64,000 nucleotides of DNA from assembly GCA_964417645.1 (NCBI GenBank), contig CAYQIS010000003.1, positions 19,568-83,567 of the forward strand, read 5' to 3'. Made by a program: the position numbers and the translations under genes. The stretch is from an uncultured Spirochaetia bacterium. Its GTDB lineage: Bacteria; Oederibacteriota; PGYV01. The first letter of the stretch is position 1; each line of letters begins with the position of its first letter. Positions 17,475 through 29,910 of the stretch are shown here, in pieces. The notes under the pieces were generated by a model. The model did not search any database, was not told where the DNA came from, and saw only the letters and a list, made by a program, of their open reading frames with translations.

Positions 17475-19150
17475 TGTTTGTTACCTCCGGTTTTTTTCAC
17501 CTCAACACTTTTTATCTTAAAAACTTTTCCAAGATTTTTTATTACAGGATTGTTCATTGCTTCTTCCTGTGTAACTTCCTTTTGAATTTGGTATTTTTTT
17601 CTGTATTCATTTTTTTCATAAAAAACAGGCCTTACTTCCGTTTTAAATTCGGAGCTTAAAGCCAGCTTTATGCTTTCCGAATTCTTTTTTAATATACTTA
17701 CCGTAAAAGGATTTTCTCCTATTATCGTAAGAACAGGGGCTTCATATGATACTATTCCCGCTTTTAACAAAGCGCTTTGTGTGTCTTCATCAATCAAATC
17801 TTTTGCTTTTTCGCAAAAACTTTCCCATCTGCGCTCAATTATTTCTTGTGTAAGCTTTTCTATTTTTTCCTCTTCTTCTATTTCAAAAGCAACAAGGCCT
17901 TTTTCATTTTCTGCTTTAATGTCATCCTTTTGCGATCCCTTTTCCTCAATTTCAATTTTACGGTCCAACTGAACATTAAAATTATTTTCTTTTATTTTTT
18001 CCTGTGTTCCGGATTGCGTTTGATTAACTGTTATTGTAACCGTCTTGGGGGCATTAACGGGTCCTGCAACGGCTTCCGCCATAAAAAGTTCAAGAGCAAT
18101 ACCGGGAACAAAACTTTTGCTTACTCTGCTTTCGGCGTCAATGGCTTTTTGGAGCATAAACATAATGTCATTAATATCCGCTTCTTCCGATTCTTTTTTC
18201 ATTATGGAAATATCCGCATCCGTTGCCTGAATAAGGGAAACGTCTCCTGTTGTTTTTAAAACAAGAATATTTCTTAAACGTTCCTGAATGCCGCGGATAA
18301 AATTTCTTATATCATACCCGTTTTGTATTACAGACTCCGCTTCTCTTACGGCCGAAGTAATATCTTTTTTTAAAAAAGCGCTCACTGCAGACTGTATTCT
18401 GTCTGATTCTATTGAACCAAGCATCTCCGCAACAAGCTTTGCGGTAAGTTTTTCTGAACCTGCATATGTCACCGCCTGATCAAAAATTCTCTGCCCGTCT
18501 CTCATCGCGCCATCAGCGGCTTTTGCTATTTCATAAAGAGCTTTTTCCTCATATTGTATGTTCTCTTTTTCTGCTATCATCTTTATATTCTCAATTATTG
18601 TATTTATAGCCGCACGTTTAAATCTGAAATGCTGACAGCGGGAAAGAATCGTCTGGGGGATGTTTTGCGGATCAGTTGTTGCAAGTACAAATATTACATG
18701 CTTTGGCGGTTCTTCAAGAGTCTTTAAAAGTGCATTAAATGCCTCCGTGGTAAGCATATGCACTTCATCAATAATATATACCTTATATTTTCCTCCTGAA
18801 GCCGAAAATCCAACCTGCTCGCGAAGTTCTCTTATTCTGTCAATACCGCGGTTTGAAGCTCCGTCAATTTCAATCACATCCATGGAGCTTCCGTTTTTTA
18901 TTTCCTGGCAAGATGTGCATTTCCCGCAAGGTGTAACTGTTGGCCCTTCCTTGCAATTTAGAGCTTTGGCAAGAACTCTTGCGGTGGTTGTTTTTCCCAC
19001 GCCTCTTGGTCCGGAAAAAATATACGCATGCATAATACGATTTAACTGAATTGCGCGTTTTAAAGGTATTACAACCTGATCCTGTCCCATAATTGCGTCA
19101 AAATCCTGGGGTCTGAACTTTCTGGTAAAAACAAGATAATTTTCGCTCAT
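17471..19150 (-). CDS. dnaX: DNA polymerase III subunit gamma/tau
   Basis: RKFRPQ, GPRGVGKT, IDEVHML, NALLKTLEEPP, SRC; start probably 19150. Confidence 0.96.
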   Translation of the reverse strand: MSENYLVFTRKFRPQDFDAIMGQDQVVIPLKRAIQLNRIMHAYIFSGPRGVGKTTTARVLAKALNCKEGPTVTPCGKCTSCQEIKNGSSMDVIEIDGASNRGIDRIRELREQVGFSASGGKYKVYIIDEVHMLTTEAFNALLKTLEEPPKHVIFVLATTDPQNIPQTILSRCQHFRFKRAAINTIIENIKMIAEKENIQYEEKALYEIAKAADGAMRDGQRIFDQAVTYAGSEKLTAKLVAEMLGSIESDRIQSAVSAFLKKDITSAVREAESVIQNGYDIRNFIRGIQERLRNILVLKTTGDVSLIQATDADISIMKKESEEADINDIMFMLQKAIDAESRVSKSFVPGIALELFMAEAVAGPVNAPKTVTITVNQTQSGTQEKIKENNFNVQLDRKIEIEEKGSQKDDIKAENEKGLVAFEIEEEEKIEKLTQEIIERRWESFCEKAKDLIDEDTQSALLKAGIVSYEAPVLTIIGENPFTVSILKKNSESIKLALSSEFKTEVRPVFYEKNEYRKKYQIQKEVTQEEAMNNPVIKNLGKVFKIKSVEVKKTGGNKQ

Positions 19151-19165
19151 ATTATCCTTTTTCAA

Positions 19166-19253
19166 GGGACACCGGCAACACCCCGGAAAATCCTTTTACC
19201 GCTGCTCCCTTCCGGGCCTGACGGGGTTCAAGGCTGCCGGGTGTGCCGGGCCC
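19166..19253 (-). ncRNA. ffs: small signal recognition particle RNA (4.5S)
   Basis: Minus strand contains the CCGTCAGGCCCGGAAGGGAGCAGCGG domain IV inside a long GC-rich hairpin; canonical position upstream of dnaX. Confidence 0.92.
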
Positions 19254-19257
19254 ATTT

Positions 19258-19968
19258 TTATTTTTTTTCAGCCGTAGCTATCAGTGATTGTCCCATGAAA
19301 GGTTTAATCACAGATTCCGTTAATTTTACGACAGGCAGCACATACCTGTCAAATATCCTTGCCTGATTAATGGGTATTTTTTTTTCCTTAAATATTCTTC
19401 CGCTTATAAACCATCCGAACATACCCGGTAAATTACTGTAAAAAATTTCCTTTATTTCCATTTGGCTGTTTTTAAATAACTTTTCAATATCTTTTTTTTC
19501 ATATCTTTTATGGTGACCAAGGGCCCGGTCTGTTTCACCATAAATCCACTGCATGGCAGGCACCAAGATTATAAATTTACCGCCTTTTTTAAGGGCGGCG
19601 CAGGCATTTTTTACGGCTTTTGAATCATCTTTTATATGTTCCAAAACATTAAGCATAACAACCGTATCATATTTTTCTTTAATTATTTTCTTATTAGGTT
19701 TCATGATGTCCATTTTAATAATTTTTACCTTACGAGATTTTAAATATTTTTTTTTGGCATATTTAATATATGAATCATCTATATCTGTTGCCGTAACATT
19801 AACAGCATCCTTAATTAAATAATCTGTTATATTTCCGATTCCGCAGCCTATTTCAAGAACTTTTCCTCTTACGTGTTTTTTTATATTGTTGTATATCCAT
19901 TCGTTATATGAAGCAAGTTCTTTAATTTTATGAAGGGAATCCGTGAGACTTTTGGAATTTTTTATCAT
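19258..19968 (-). CDS. class I SAM-dependent methyltransferase
   Basis: VLEIGCGIG, NVLEHI, D..LGH..RY; TGATG coupling puts the start at 19968. Confidence 0.85.
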   Translation of the reverse strand: MIKNSKSLTDSLHKIKELASYNEWIYNNIKKHVRGKVLEIGCGIGNITDYLIKDAVNVTATDIDDSYIKYAKKKYLKSRKVKIIKMDIMKPNKKIIKEKYDTVVMLNVLEHIKDDSKAVKNACAALKKGGKFIILVPAMQWIYGETDRALGHHKRYEKKDIEKLFKNSQMEIKEIFYSNLPGMFGWFISGRIFKEKKIPINQARIFDRYVLPVVKLTESVIKPFMGQSLIATAEKK

Positions 19969-20669
19969 CAGTCGGTAAACCTGTATTTCAATAATGCCCA
20001 AACCGCCTTAAAACCGTCAATTGATTTAATTTTTTTTCCTTCGGCTACCGATCGTCCAAAATAACTTATTGGAACCTCATATATCCTGAAATTTTTTTTA
20101 AGCAGCTTGGCTGTGATTTCCGGTTCAATTTCAAAACCTTTTGATTTTATATCTATTGATTTAATAACATTTGCCCTGAACATTTTATAACAGGTTTCCA
20201 TATCCGTGAGAATTGTATTATAAAGAATATTTGTAATCAAATTTAATACTTTATTGGCTATATAATTAACAAACATAAATGCTCTGTGAGGCCCAAGGAA
20301 CCTTGAACCATATACAACATCCACTTCATTGTGCCTGAAAGTTGCAAGCATTATTTTATAATCTTCCGGATCATATTCAAGATCTGCATCCTGAATAATT
20401 ATAAAATCCCCTTCAGCTTTTGCAATTCCTTCTTTTAATGCGGCGCCTTTACCCGAATTTTTTTCTTTAAGAATAAGTGTGATCCATTTCTGACCAGCAC
20501 ATATTTTTTTTAATTTTTCCCTGGTTCCGTCTGTTGAACAATCATCAACTATTATTAATTTTTTTTCAATCCCCTCAAGCTTTACGGCTTTAACCCTTCT
20601 TATAATTTCTTCTATTGTGGCTTTTTCGTTGTATACGGGCATTACAACACATAAAACCTTTTTTTTCAT
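19968..20669 (-). CDS. GT2 glycosyltransferase (polyprenol-phosphate glycosyltransferase-like)
   Basis: MPVYNE, VDDCSTDGT, GKGAA, QDADLEY, GSRF, TDMETCYK. Confidence 0.9.
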   Translation of the reverse strand: MKKKVLCVVMPVYNEKATIEEIIRRVKAVKLEGIEKKLIIVDDCSTDGTREKLKKICAGQKWITLILKEKNSGKGAALKEGIAKAEGDFIIIQDADLEYDPEDYKIMLATFRHNEVDVVYGSRFLGPHRAFMFVNYIANKVLNLITNILYNTILTDMETCYKMFRANVIKSIDIKSKGFEIEPEITAKLLKKNFRIYEVPISYFGRSVAEGKKIKSIDGFKAVWALLKYRFTD

Positions 20670-22477
20670 TTTAAACTCCTGATTTTTAAAAACTTATATA
20701 TGATATATCCCGCCAATAATGCATAAAAAACGGTTATTATTATTGTTTGAGGCGTAATTTTATCACGATATGTCGGAAAAAGCCACAGCAAATACCCGGC
20801 TTTTGTGCTTATTAATGAATATATTTTATCTTTGGATGCCGCATATCTTAAAAAGGGTAAAATCGAAAGAATTGCCGAAAAAAACACGGAAAACAGTACT
20901 GTTATTTTTACCGTATTATTTTTTTGAAGATTATTTTTTGAAATAAAAACAGCTGCATATACCGCCCATACACAGGCTGCCGGTATCAATTGTCTTGCGG
21001 GAGCCATTGAACCTGTCCAGTCATTCCATACAAGAAACAAACAAAAATAAGGAATTGTAAAATAAAAAGGAAGCAATTCAATATGTTCTTTTTTTGCAGT
21101 CATAAATATGACACCCGTAAAAGACAAAATAAAAACTGGCGAGAAAAAAAACAGGCCATAATCCCTGTCGAAAAATATTGCAAAAAATGCTTTTATGATA
21201 TGAAAAAGATTAAAATCAAAAAAGAAAGATGAACTCACATAAATATTTTTCATTCCTGTAAAAGCAAAAAATCCAAAAATCGAATAATAATAAATAATAT
21301 AAAGAGATATAAAAACAAAAAATATTATATTTAAAAATATTGCCTCTTTTGCATTAAACCGCTTTTTTACAATAACCGCAATAATCCAGGCTGCCCAAAA
21401 AATTCCGGAAAAAACAAACATTTTCGGATGCAGCCAAACAAGAAATCCTGTGCAGATAAAAAAAATAATGTCAGATTTTATTTCTTTCTTTTCACCTCTA
21501 AAAATATCTCTTATAAAAAAAGCGCAATAAACAACAGCACACGCCGATGGCATTTCGGTAAGTATAAGTGAAGCGCCTGCGGAAAAAGGTATGATAACCG
21601 AAGTGATTATTGCCGAAGCAGCGGCTGTTTTTTCGTCAGAACCGGATGATATTGATGCTTTAAAAATAAGCACAGCCAAAATTGCAGCAAAAAACGCAAT
21701 TAAAAACTGGGCTCCGTATCTTCCTGCAATCATATAAGGAATTGAAATAAGCAGTGAAATACCCGGATTGTGTATTGAATATATTCCTTTTCCGTTTTTC
21801 CCCGCAGTATTGTGAATATTTTTATATTCAAGTTCGGAAGGATAAAAATTTCTGTATGTTTTTTCAAAAACATAATCATTCTCAAGGTTCATATCATGAT
21901 CTTTTACAAGGCTCTGAGCCATTAAAAGATAATGCGGCTCGTCGCCTGTCGGCGGATAAATAAATGTGTTATAAATCCCGGAAATCAATCCAAATATAAA
22001 AACCGAAATAAAAATAAATTTAGCGGAAAAAGCCGATGAATCCGCGGCTTCTTTTGCCAGCATAAGCATAAACACAAACAAAGGGAAAATAACAGCCGCT
22101 CCCGCACTTAAAAGAGCCGAATAAGAATCCATATTAAGTGAAACAAAACCGGTTTTAAAAAAACTTATGTTTCCAAGCATGCTGAATTTAATCAAAGATA
22201 ATTTACCGCCGTAAATTAAAGAAAAAACAATAAAAGGCAATGCAAAAAATGATGAAACTGTTATTAACCGGGATGCGCCTTTATTTTTTAAAAAAATATA
22301 TTTTTCGGCAATTAAAGAAAAAAGTAAAAAAATCAAGCTTGTTATAATTCCAAATACGGCAATATATCCGGAAGAAATATTCAATCCCGGAAATTTTGAT
22401 ACAGCATAATATATTGCAATTCCGGTAAAAAAACCTGCAGATGCGGAAATTGAAAAATTATTTTTTCTTATTTGCAT
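20666..22477 (-). CDS. polytopic membrane protein, GT-C/PMT-like glycosyltransferase
   Basis: Many TM segments; GDEPHY loop motif; next to a GT2; start moved to 22477. Confidence 0.7.
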   Translation of the reverse strand: MQIRKNNFSISASAGFFTGIAIYYAVSKFPGLNISSGYIAVFGIITSLIFLLFSLIAEKYIFLKNKGASRLITVSSFFALPFIVFSLIYGGKLSLIKFSMLGNISFFKTGFVSLNMDSYSALLSAGAAVIFPLFVFMLMLAKEAADSSAFSAKFIFISVFIFGLISGIYNTFIYPPTGDEPHYLLMAQSLVKDHDMNLENDYVFEKTYRNFYPSELEYKNIHNTAGKNGKGIYSIHNPGISLLISIPYMIAGRYGAQFLIAFFAAILAVLIFKASISSGSDEKTAAASAIITSVIIPFSAGASLILTEMPSACAVVYCAFFIRDIFRGEKKEIKSDIIFFICTGFLVWLHPKMFVFSGIFWAAWIIAVIVKKRFNAKEAIFLNIIFFVFISLYIIYYYSIFGFFAFTGMKNIYVSSSFFFDFNLFHIIKAFFAIFFDRDYGLFFFSPVFILSFTGVIFMTAKKEHIELLPFYFTIPYFCLFLVWNDWTGSMAPARQLIPAACVWAVYAAVFISKNNLQKNNTVKITVLFSVFFSAILSILPFLRYAASKDKIYSLISTKAGYLLWLFPTYRDKITPQTIIITVFYALLAGYIIYKFLKIRSLK

Positions 22478-23150
22478 TTTTCTCCCTGAACCAGCTCTGC
22501 GGCCTGGAAGATAACACATAAACTTTTACATTTTTCTTTCTTCCCCAATTAAGCGCTTCCTGTGTGGTATTATAACAAAGATCTATCCTATTTCCTTTAA
22601 TAGCGCCGCCTGTATCGCCTGTCCATGCAAAACCATAACCTTCAACATAAATTAAAGATCTTAAAGCTATTACTTTAGGGTCAACAGCGGCTATTCCGTG
22701 CCTTGTACGCCATCCAAGTTTTGTAATACCCGCCCAATTTAGCGTGTTATCTTCCGGAGAACTGTCATAAGCCGTTGCTTCCATCTTATGAACAAATTGA
22801 GCGTAAGTAACTTTCGGAACCGTTACGGGATTTTTTTTATTTGATATGCCTTTTAACATAAAACCCTGAACAGGTTTTTTTATAATTTTTGATTCATATA
22901 ATTTTATGCTTTTTATTTTATTTTTTCCCAATAAATATTCTTTATAAACAGAATTTCTGTAACCGTCTTCGCCTTCTTTCAGCCAAACTTCCCATCCTTT
23001 TTCAATAAAATTGCTTTTTTTTATTAACGGCTGTATCGTTATTGATTCTTTTTTTACAATGTTTCTTTCGTTAATCATTACTGCCGTAAAGCAAAAAGAA
23101 AACCAAATACAAACAAAAAAACCTACAATTAAATTAAAAATTTTTGTCAT
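22458..23150 (-). CDS. 3D-domain cell-wall enzyme (membrane-anchored)
   Basis: ATAY, IAAVDPKVI, GDTGGAIKGNRIDL. Confidence 0.88.
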   Translation of the reverse strand: MTKIFNLIVGFFVCIWFSFCFTAVMINERNIVKKESITIQPLIKKSNFIEKGWEVWLKEGEDGYRNSVYKEYLLGKNKIKSIKLYESKIIKKPVQGFMLKGISNKKNPVTVPKVTYAQFVHKMEATAYDSSPEDNTLNWAGITKLGWRTRHGIAAVDPKVIALRSLIYVEGYGFAWTGDTGGAIKGNRIDLCYNTTQEALNWGRKKNVKVYVLSSRPQSWFREKNANKKK

Positions 23151-24214
23151 ATTATCATCTTTCTTGTAATAACAGAATAAATTTCATGCGTGCCTGTCTT
23201 GCCTTTAACCTCCACGGGCGGAAGAACTTCAACATTAACCAATGGCTCAACCAGAATATAAACTTCCCTTGAAATTATAACTTCGCCGTCTTTGGCCTTG
23301 CTGCAAAGCCGGCTTGCGAAATTCACGGCATCTCCTATTACCGTGTATTCCATTCTTTCCTCTGACCCCATATTTCCCGTTACAATTTCTCCTCTTGCAA
23401 TTCCCACTCCAAGTCCAAGTTTTAAAGTAGGGTCAATTGTGTCAATCCATTCCCTCATTTTTAATTTAAACTGTGTCTGTATGTCAAGCCCAGATATTAC
23501 GGCTTTATCCGCGTCCATGTAATCTATGTATTTTGGAGCTTCTTCAAAAACAGCCAAAATTGCGTCCCCTATATATTTATTGACCCTTCCCCTGTTCTTT
23601 GTAATTATCGCCGTTGCAAAAGTAAAATAATCATTCAAAATTTTGACAACATCATGAGGATCGTGATTCTCCGTAAAAGATGTAAAACCCCTTAAATCAC
23701 AAAAAAGAATTGTTGCATTCTTTTTCTTTCCGCCAACATATATTTCATGTATATTTTTTGTTTCTATTTCGGCTTTTAAAGAAGGATCAAGATATGTCTG
23801 CAGCGTTTTTGAATATTTGTCTTTTTCTTTTTTTAATTTAAAATAATTGTGAACAAAATTATCAAAAACCTCCATTATATCTTCGTAAACATGATTAAAT
23901 CTTCTGCGTTTTTTAACCTTGTATCCCGGAGGCAGAAGTTCTTTACATCTCATTTCATATAAAAGAACCTTAAAAACGTTTCTTGCAAAACTGTTTAAAA
24001 AACTTACCGTAAGCAGATATATAAGCAAACCCAAATAAAATATTCCAAGAAATGCCATAACTATAATGTCATTCCATACTCCAAGGCTAATATATTGATG
24101 AGCAAGTTTTCGTGTTTCTTCGTATAAAGGCTGAAATCCAAAAGAAATCAACAATCCTGCCGCCATGCTTGTAAGGAGCACCTGCCCTATTGTTGCCTTT
24201 CTTTTACGGGCCAT
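23147..24214 (-). CDS. membrane-bound class III adenylate cyclase
   Basis: LFCDLRGFT, KYIGDA, YTVIGDAVNFASRL; two N-terminal TM segments. Confidence 0.9.
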   Translation of the reverse strand: MARKRKATIGQVLLTSMAAGLLISFGFQPLYEETRKLAHQYISLGVWNDIIVMAFLGIFYLGLLIYLLTVSFLNSFARNVFKVLLYEMRCKELLPPGYKVKKRRRFNHVYEDIMEVFDNFVHNYFKLKKEKDKYSKTLQTYLDPSLKAEIETKNIHEIYVGGKKKNATILFCDLRGFTSFTENHDPHDVVKILNDYFTFATAIITKNRGRVNKYIGDAILAVFEEAPKYIDYMDADKAVISGLDIQTQFKLKMREWIDTIDPTLKLGLGVGIARGEIVTGNMGSEERMEYTVIGDAVNFASRLCSKAKDGEVIISREVYILVEPLVNVEVLPPVEVKGKTGTHEIYSVITRKMII

Positions 24215-24215
24215 T

Positions 24216-24863
24216 TCAACCTCCTGCCAATTTTAAAAGCTTTTTCACGCTTACTTCTTTAAGGTCTTTAACGGTCAAATCTGCACCTTTAAGCGCGTGC
24301 TCCCTTGAAACCCCCACGCATTTAATTTTAGCCGCAACAGCGGCATCTATGCCTGCCTGAGAATCTTCTATTACAATGCATTCCTCCGCCTTTAATTTTA
24401 ATTTTTTTGCGGCTTTTAAAAATATATCCGGATATGGTTTTCCTCTTTTTACTTCAGAACCTTCCGCATCCGCATCAAAAAGATCATATATCCCTTCCGA
24501 TTCAAGAATGTGTCTTGCATTTTTGCTTGATGATGCCATACAAAGCAATATACCGGCTTTTTTAAGGTCTTTCATTAACTTTACCGTTGATGAAAATTTT
24601 TTAACACCTTCTTTTTTTAAAAAACCGTTAAAATATATCTGTTTTTCTTCACAAATTTTCTTTACGGTTTTCTCATCAAGACCTGGAAAAATTTTTAATA
24701 CTCCTTTAGCTCTTGGCATACCGTCAATTTTATTTTTAAAATCCAGAAAAGTAAATTTTTTTATTCCATAATTTTTAAACGTTTCTTTCCAGGATTTATG
24801 ATGAACAGGAGCTGTATCTATTATAACACCGTCAACATCAAAAATAACGCCTTTCAAGCCCAT
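24216..24863 (-). CDS. HAD hydrolase, beta-phosphoglucomutase family
   Basis: FDVDGVIIDT, SSSKNA, GKPYPDIF, IEDS..G; TAATG coupling to crp. Confidence 0.88.
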   Translation of the reverse strand: MGLKGVIFDVDGVIIDTAPVHHKSWKETFKNYGIKKFTFLDFKNKIDGMPRAKGVLKIFPGLDEKTVKKICEEKQIYFNGFLKKEGVKKFSSTVKLMKDLKKAGILLCMASSSKNARHILESEGIYDLFDADAEGSEVKRGKPYPDIFLKAAKKLKLKAEECIVIEDSQAGIDAAVAAKIKCVGVSREHALKGADLTVKDLKEVSVKKLLKLAGG

Positions 24864-25528
24864 TATGAACACAACTCCTTTAATTTTTCTTCATCCTTTA
24901 TAACTATTTTTCTGTTTTTCACCGATATAAGACCTTCTTTCACCATCTGTTTTAATGTTCTTGTTGTGGTTTCTCTTGTAAGTCCCGCAAAATCACCAAT
25001 GTCCTGATGGGTAAATTTTACTTTTCCAACTTCATCTTTAAAATCCATTATAACGCATGCAATTCTGCTTTTTGCATCGCCCAAAGCAAGAACTTTAATA
25101 TCTCTGTCAGCTTTTGCAAGTCTTTCAGAAAGCGTTTTTATTATTTGAAGCGAAATTGACGGTTCTTTATAAACCAAATTTTCAAAATCCGCTCTTGATA
25201 TTGACAGAGTGACAGTGTCTTCCATTGCTTCTATTGTTGCCGTTCTTGCCTCTTTGGTAAGAATCGACATCTCTCCAAAAATATCTTTTTCCTTTAATAT
25301 TGCAAGGGTTTTAATTTTTCCGTCCCTGCCGTATTTAATAACTTTTACTTCTCCCGATACAATTATATGAAGAGAATCGCCTTCATCTCCTTCGTTGAAA
25401 ATTATTTCACCGGATTTAAAATATCTTTCTTTGGCACATTTAAAAATTAAATTTAGTCCTTTTTTTGAAACACCCGAAAATAAATAATTTAATTTTAAAT
25501 ATTTTAAAAACTTTTTCTCTTGTGCCAA
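24863..25528 (-). CDS. Crp/Fnr-family transcriptional regulator
   Basis: cNMP site FGEMS...RTAT; HTH THQDIG..AGLTRETTTR. Confidence 0.92.
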   Translation of the reverse strand: MAQEKKFLKYLKLNYLFSGVSKKGLNLIFKCAKERYFKSGEIIFNEGDEGDSLHIIVSGEVKVIKYGRDGKIKTLAILKEKDIFGEMSILTKEARTATIEAMEDTVTLSISRADFENLVYKEPSISLQIIKTLSERLAKADRDIKVLALGDAKSRIACVIMDFKDEVGKVKFTHQDIGDFAGLTRETTTRTLKQMVKEGLISVKNRKIVIKDEEKLKELCS

Positions 25529-25542
25529 AAAAAACTCCGATT

Positions 25543-28486
<2,944 letters not shown>

Positions 28487-28487
<1 letters not shown>

Positions 28488-29896
28488 TATTCGCTCAAAA
28501 ACAAAGGCACATCAAAATAAACCATGCCTGAAATGTAAAAAGCCGCACTGTTTATGGCTCCGGTATTTGACAAAGCAATATTATAATCAGCTCCTGATTT
28601 CAGCGAAAAAAATTTTAAAATAAACCACTCCGCCCCCAGACCTGCAGAAGCGGCATAATTTAATTCAGGTTTTTTTATTGTTGTTCCGTCTTTAAATTTA
28701 TATTGTCTTGAAATCATTACCAAGCCGTTTCCTATTTTTGCAAATGGGACAAAATATACGTCTTTTTTCCAGCCTATATAAGAATAAGCATTAATCATCA
28801 TTTCCGTAAGAGAAATTTCATAATCATAAATATTTTTGTCTTTATTGCTCATAATAAAATTCTTCCCTTCAACTCCAAGCATAAACCAGCCGTTTAAATT
28901 AAGCAAAAACTCGGCATTTAATCCAAAACCTAAAGAATTTTCTTTTGCCACATTCTCGGGTATAAAAGGCATGAAACCCGTAAAACCAGGCCCGATTCCA
29001 AGCTTTGGGTTTTCATCCCGTATTTTTTTTAAAGAAAGCAAATATTTCACCAACTGTTGTATCTGCGGCGTAAGTTTATAAGAAGCATACGGGGCGGAAG
29101 AATATGGCCTGTAATTTATTTCTCCAAGTTTTGTGTTGTTTCTCTTTCCAAAAAAACCTTTAATTATCTGATTTTCATCAGCTGTTCCCCAATAATTATC
29201 TTTGGCTTCAATATTAACCGGCGTATAATTTGTTATATCCACGGTATTTTCTTCAAAATTATTTTTCTCAACAGAAAATTTTGTATTTGTAAGTTCCTGA
29301 AAATATAAAGCATATTTATTTTTTTTGAAAGTATTGCCTGTTATTGTAAAAGCCATTTCTTTGCCTTCCGCATAAATTCCATAGGTGTTGTTTAAAAAAT
29401 AATTGTCTTTTATAACGGCTTTTGCAAAATGTGAAAGCATAACACCAGTTGAATTAACCATATAATTATTGTTATAAAGCAGGCTTCCGCCTTCGACTTT
29501 TATGGAAGCCCTTATTATCACACAAAATTCCATTATATTTTTATATTTGCCTTCAAACAAGAATCCGTCATAAAAAGAGCTTCCGTCGTAAGGCATAAAT
29601 CTTACCGGATTTTCAGGCAGACCCTTTGCATACATTGCTCCTTTTACAACAATTCTGCCCTTTTCGCCAAATTTAACTGTTGTACCGGGCTGTATGTTAA
29701 GAACGCCCTTGGGACCAATTACAATTTCTTCATTAATAACATATGGCGAATTCTGTGCTGTCCAAAATTCTTTTTTTTCAATCAGCTGCATTGGTTTTGT
29801 TTCATTTGCGGCAAGCCTTGGCTTATCCCATGCGGCATTTAAAATTAAAGGGAAAGATATTATGCCTGTAATAATAAGAGCTGCAATTTTTTTCAA
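28487..29896 (-). CDS. secreted protein with right-handed beta-helix and C-terminal beta-barrel-like domain
   Basis: Signal peptide; SPY...L.IQPGT.V.F...G...NPV.F; NYWG; alternating aromatic strands at the C-terminus; TTG start. Confidence 0.65.
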
Positions 29897-29910
29897 AAAA
29901 ACACACCTTC

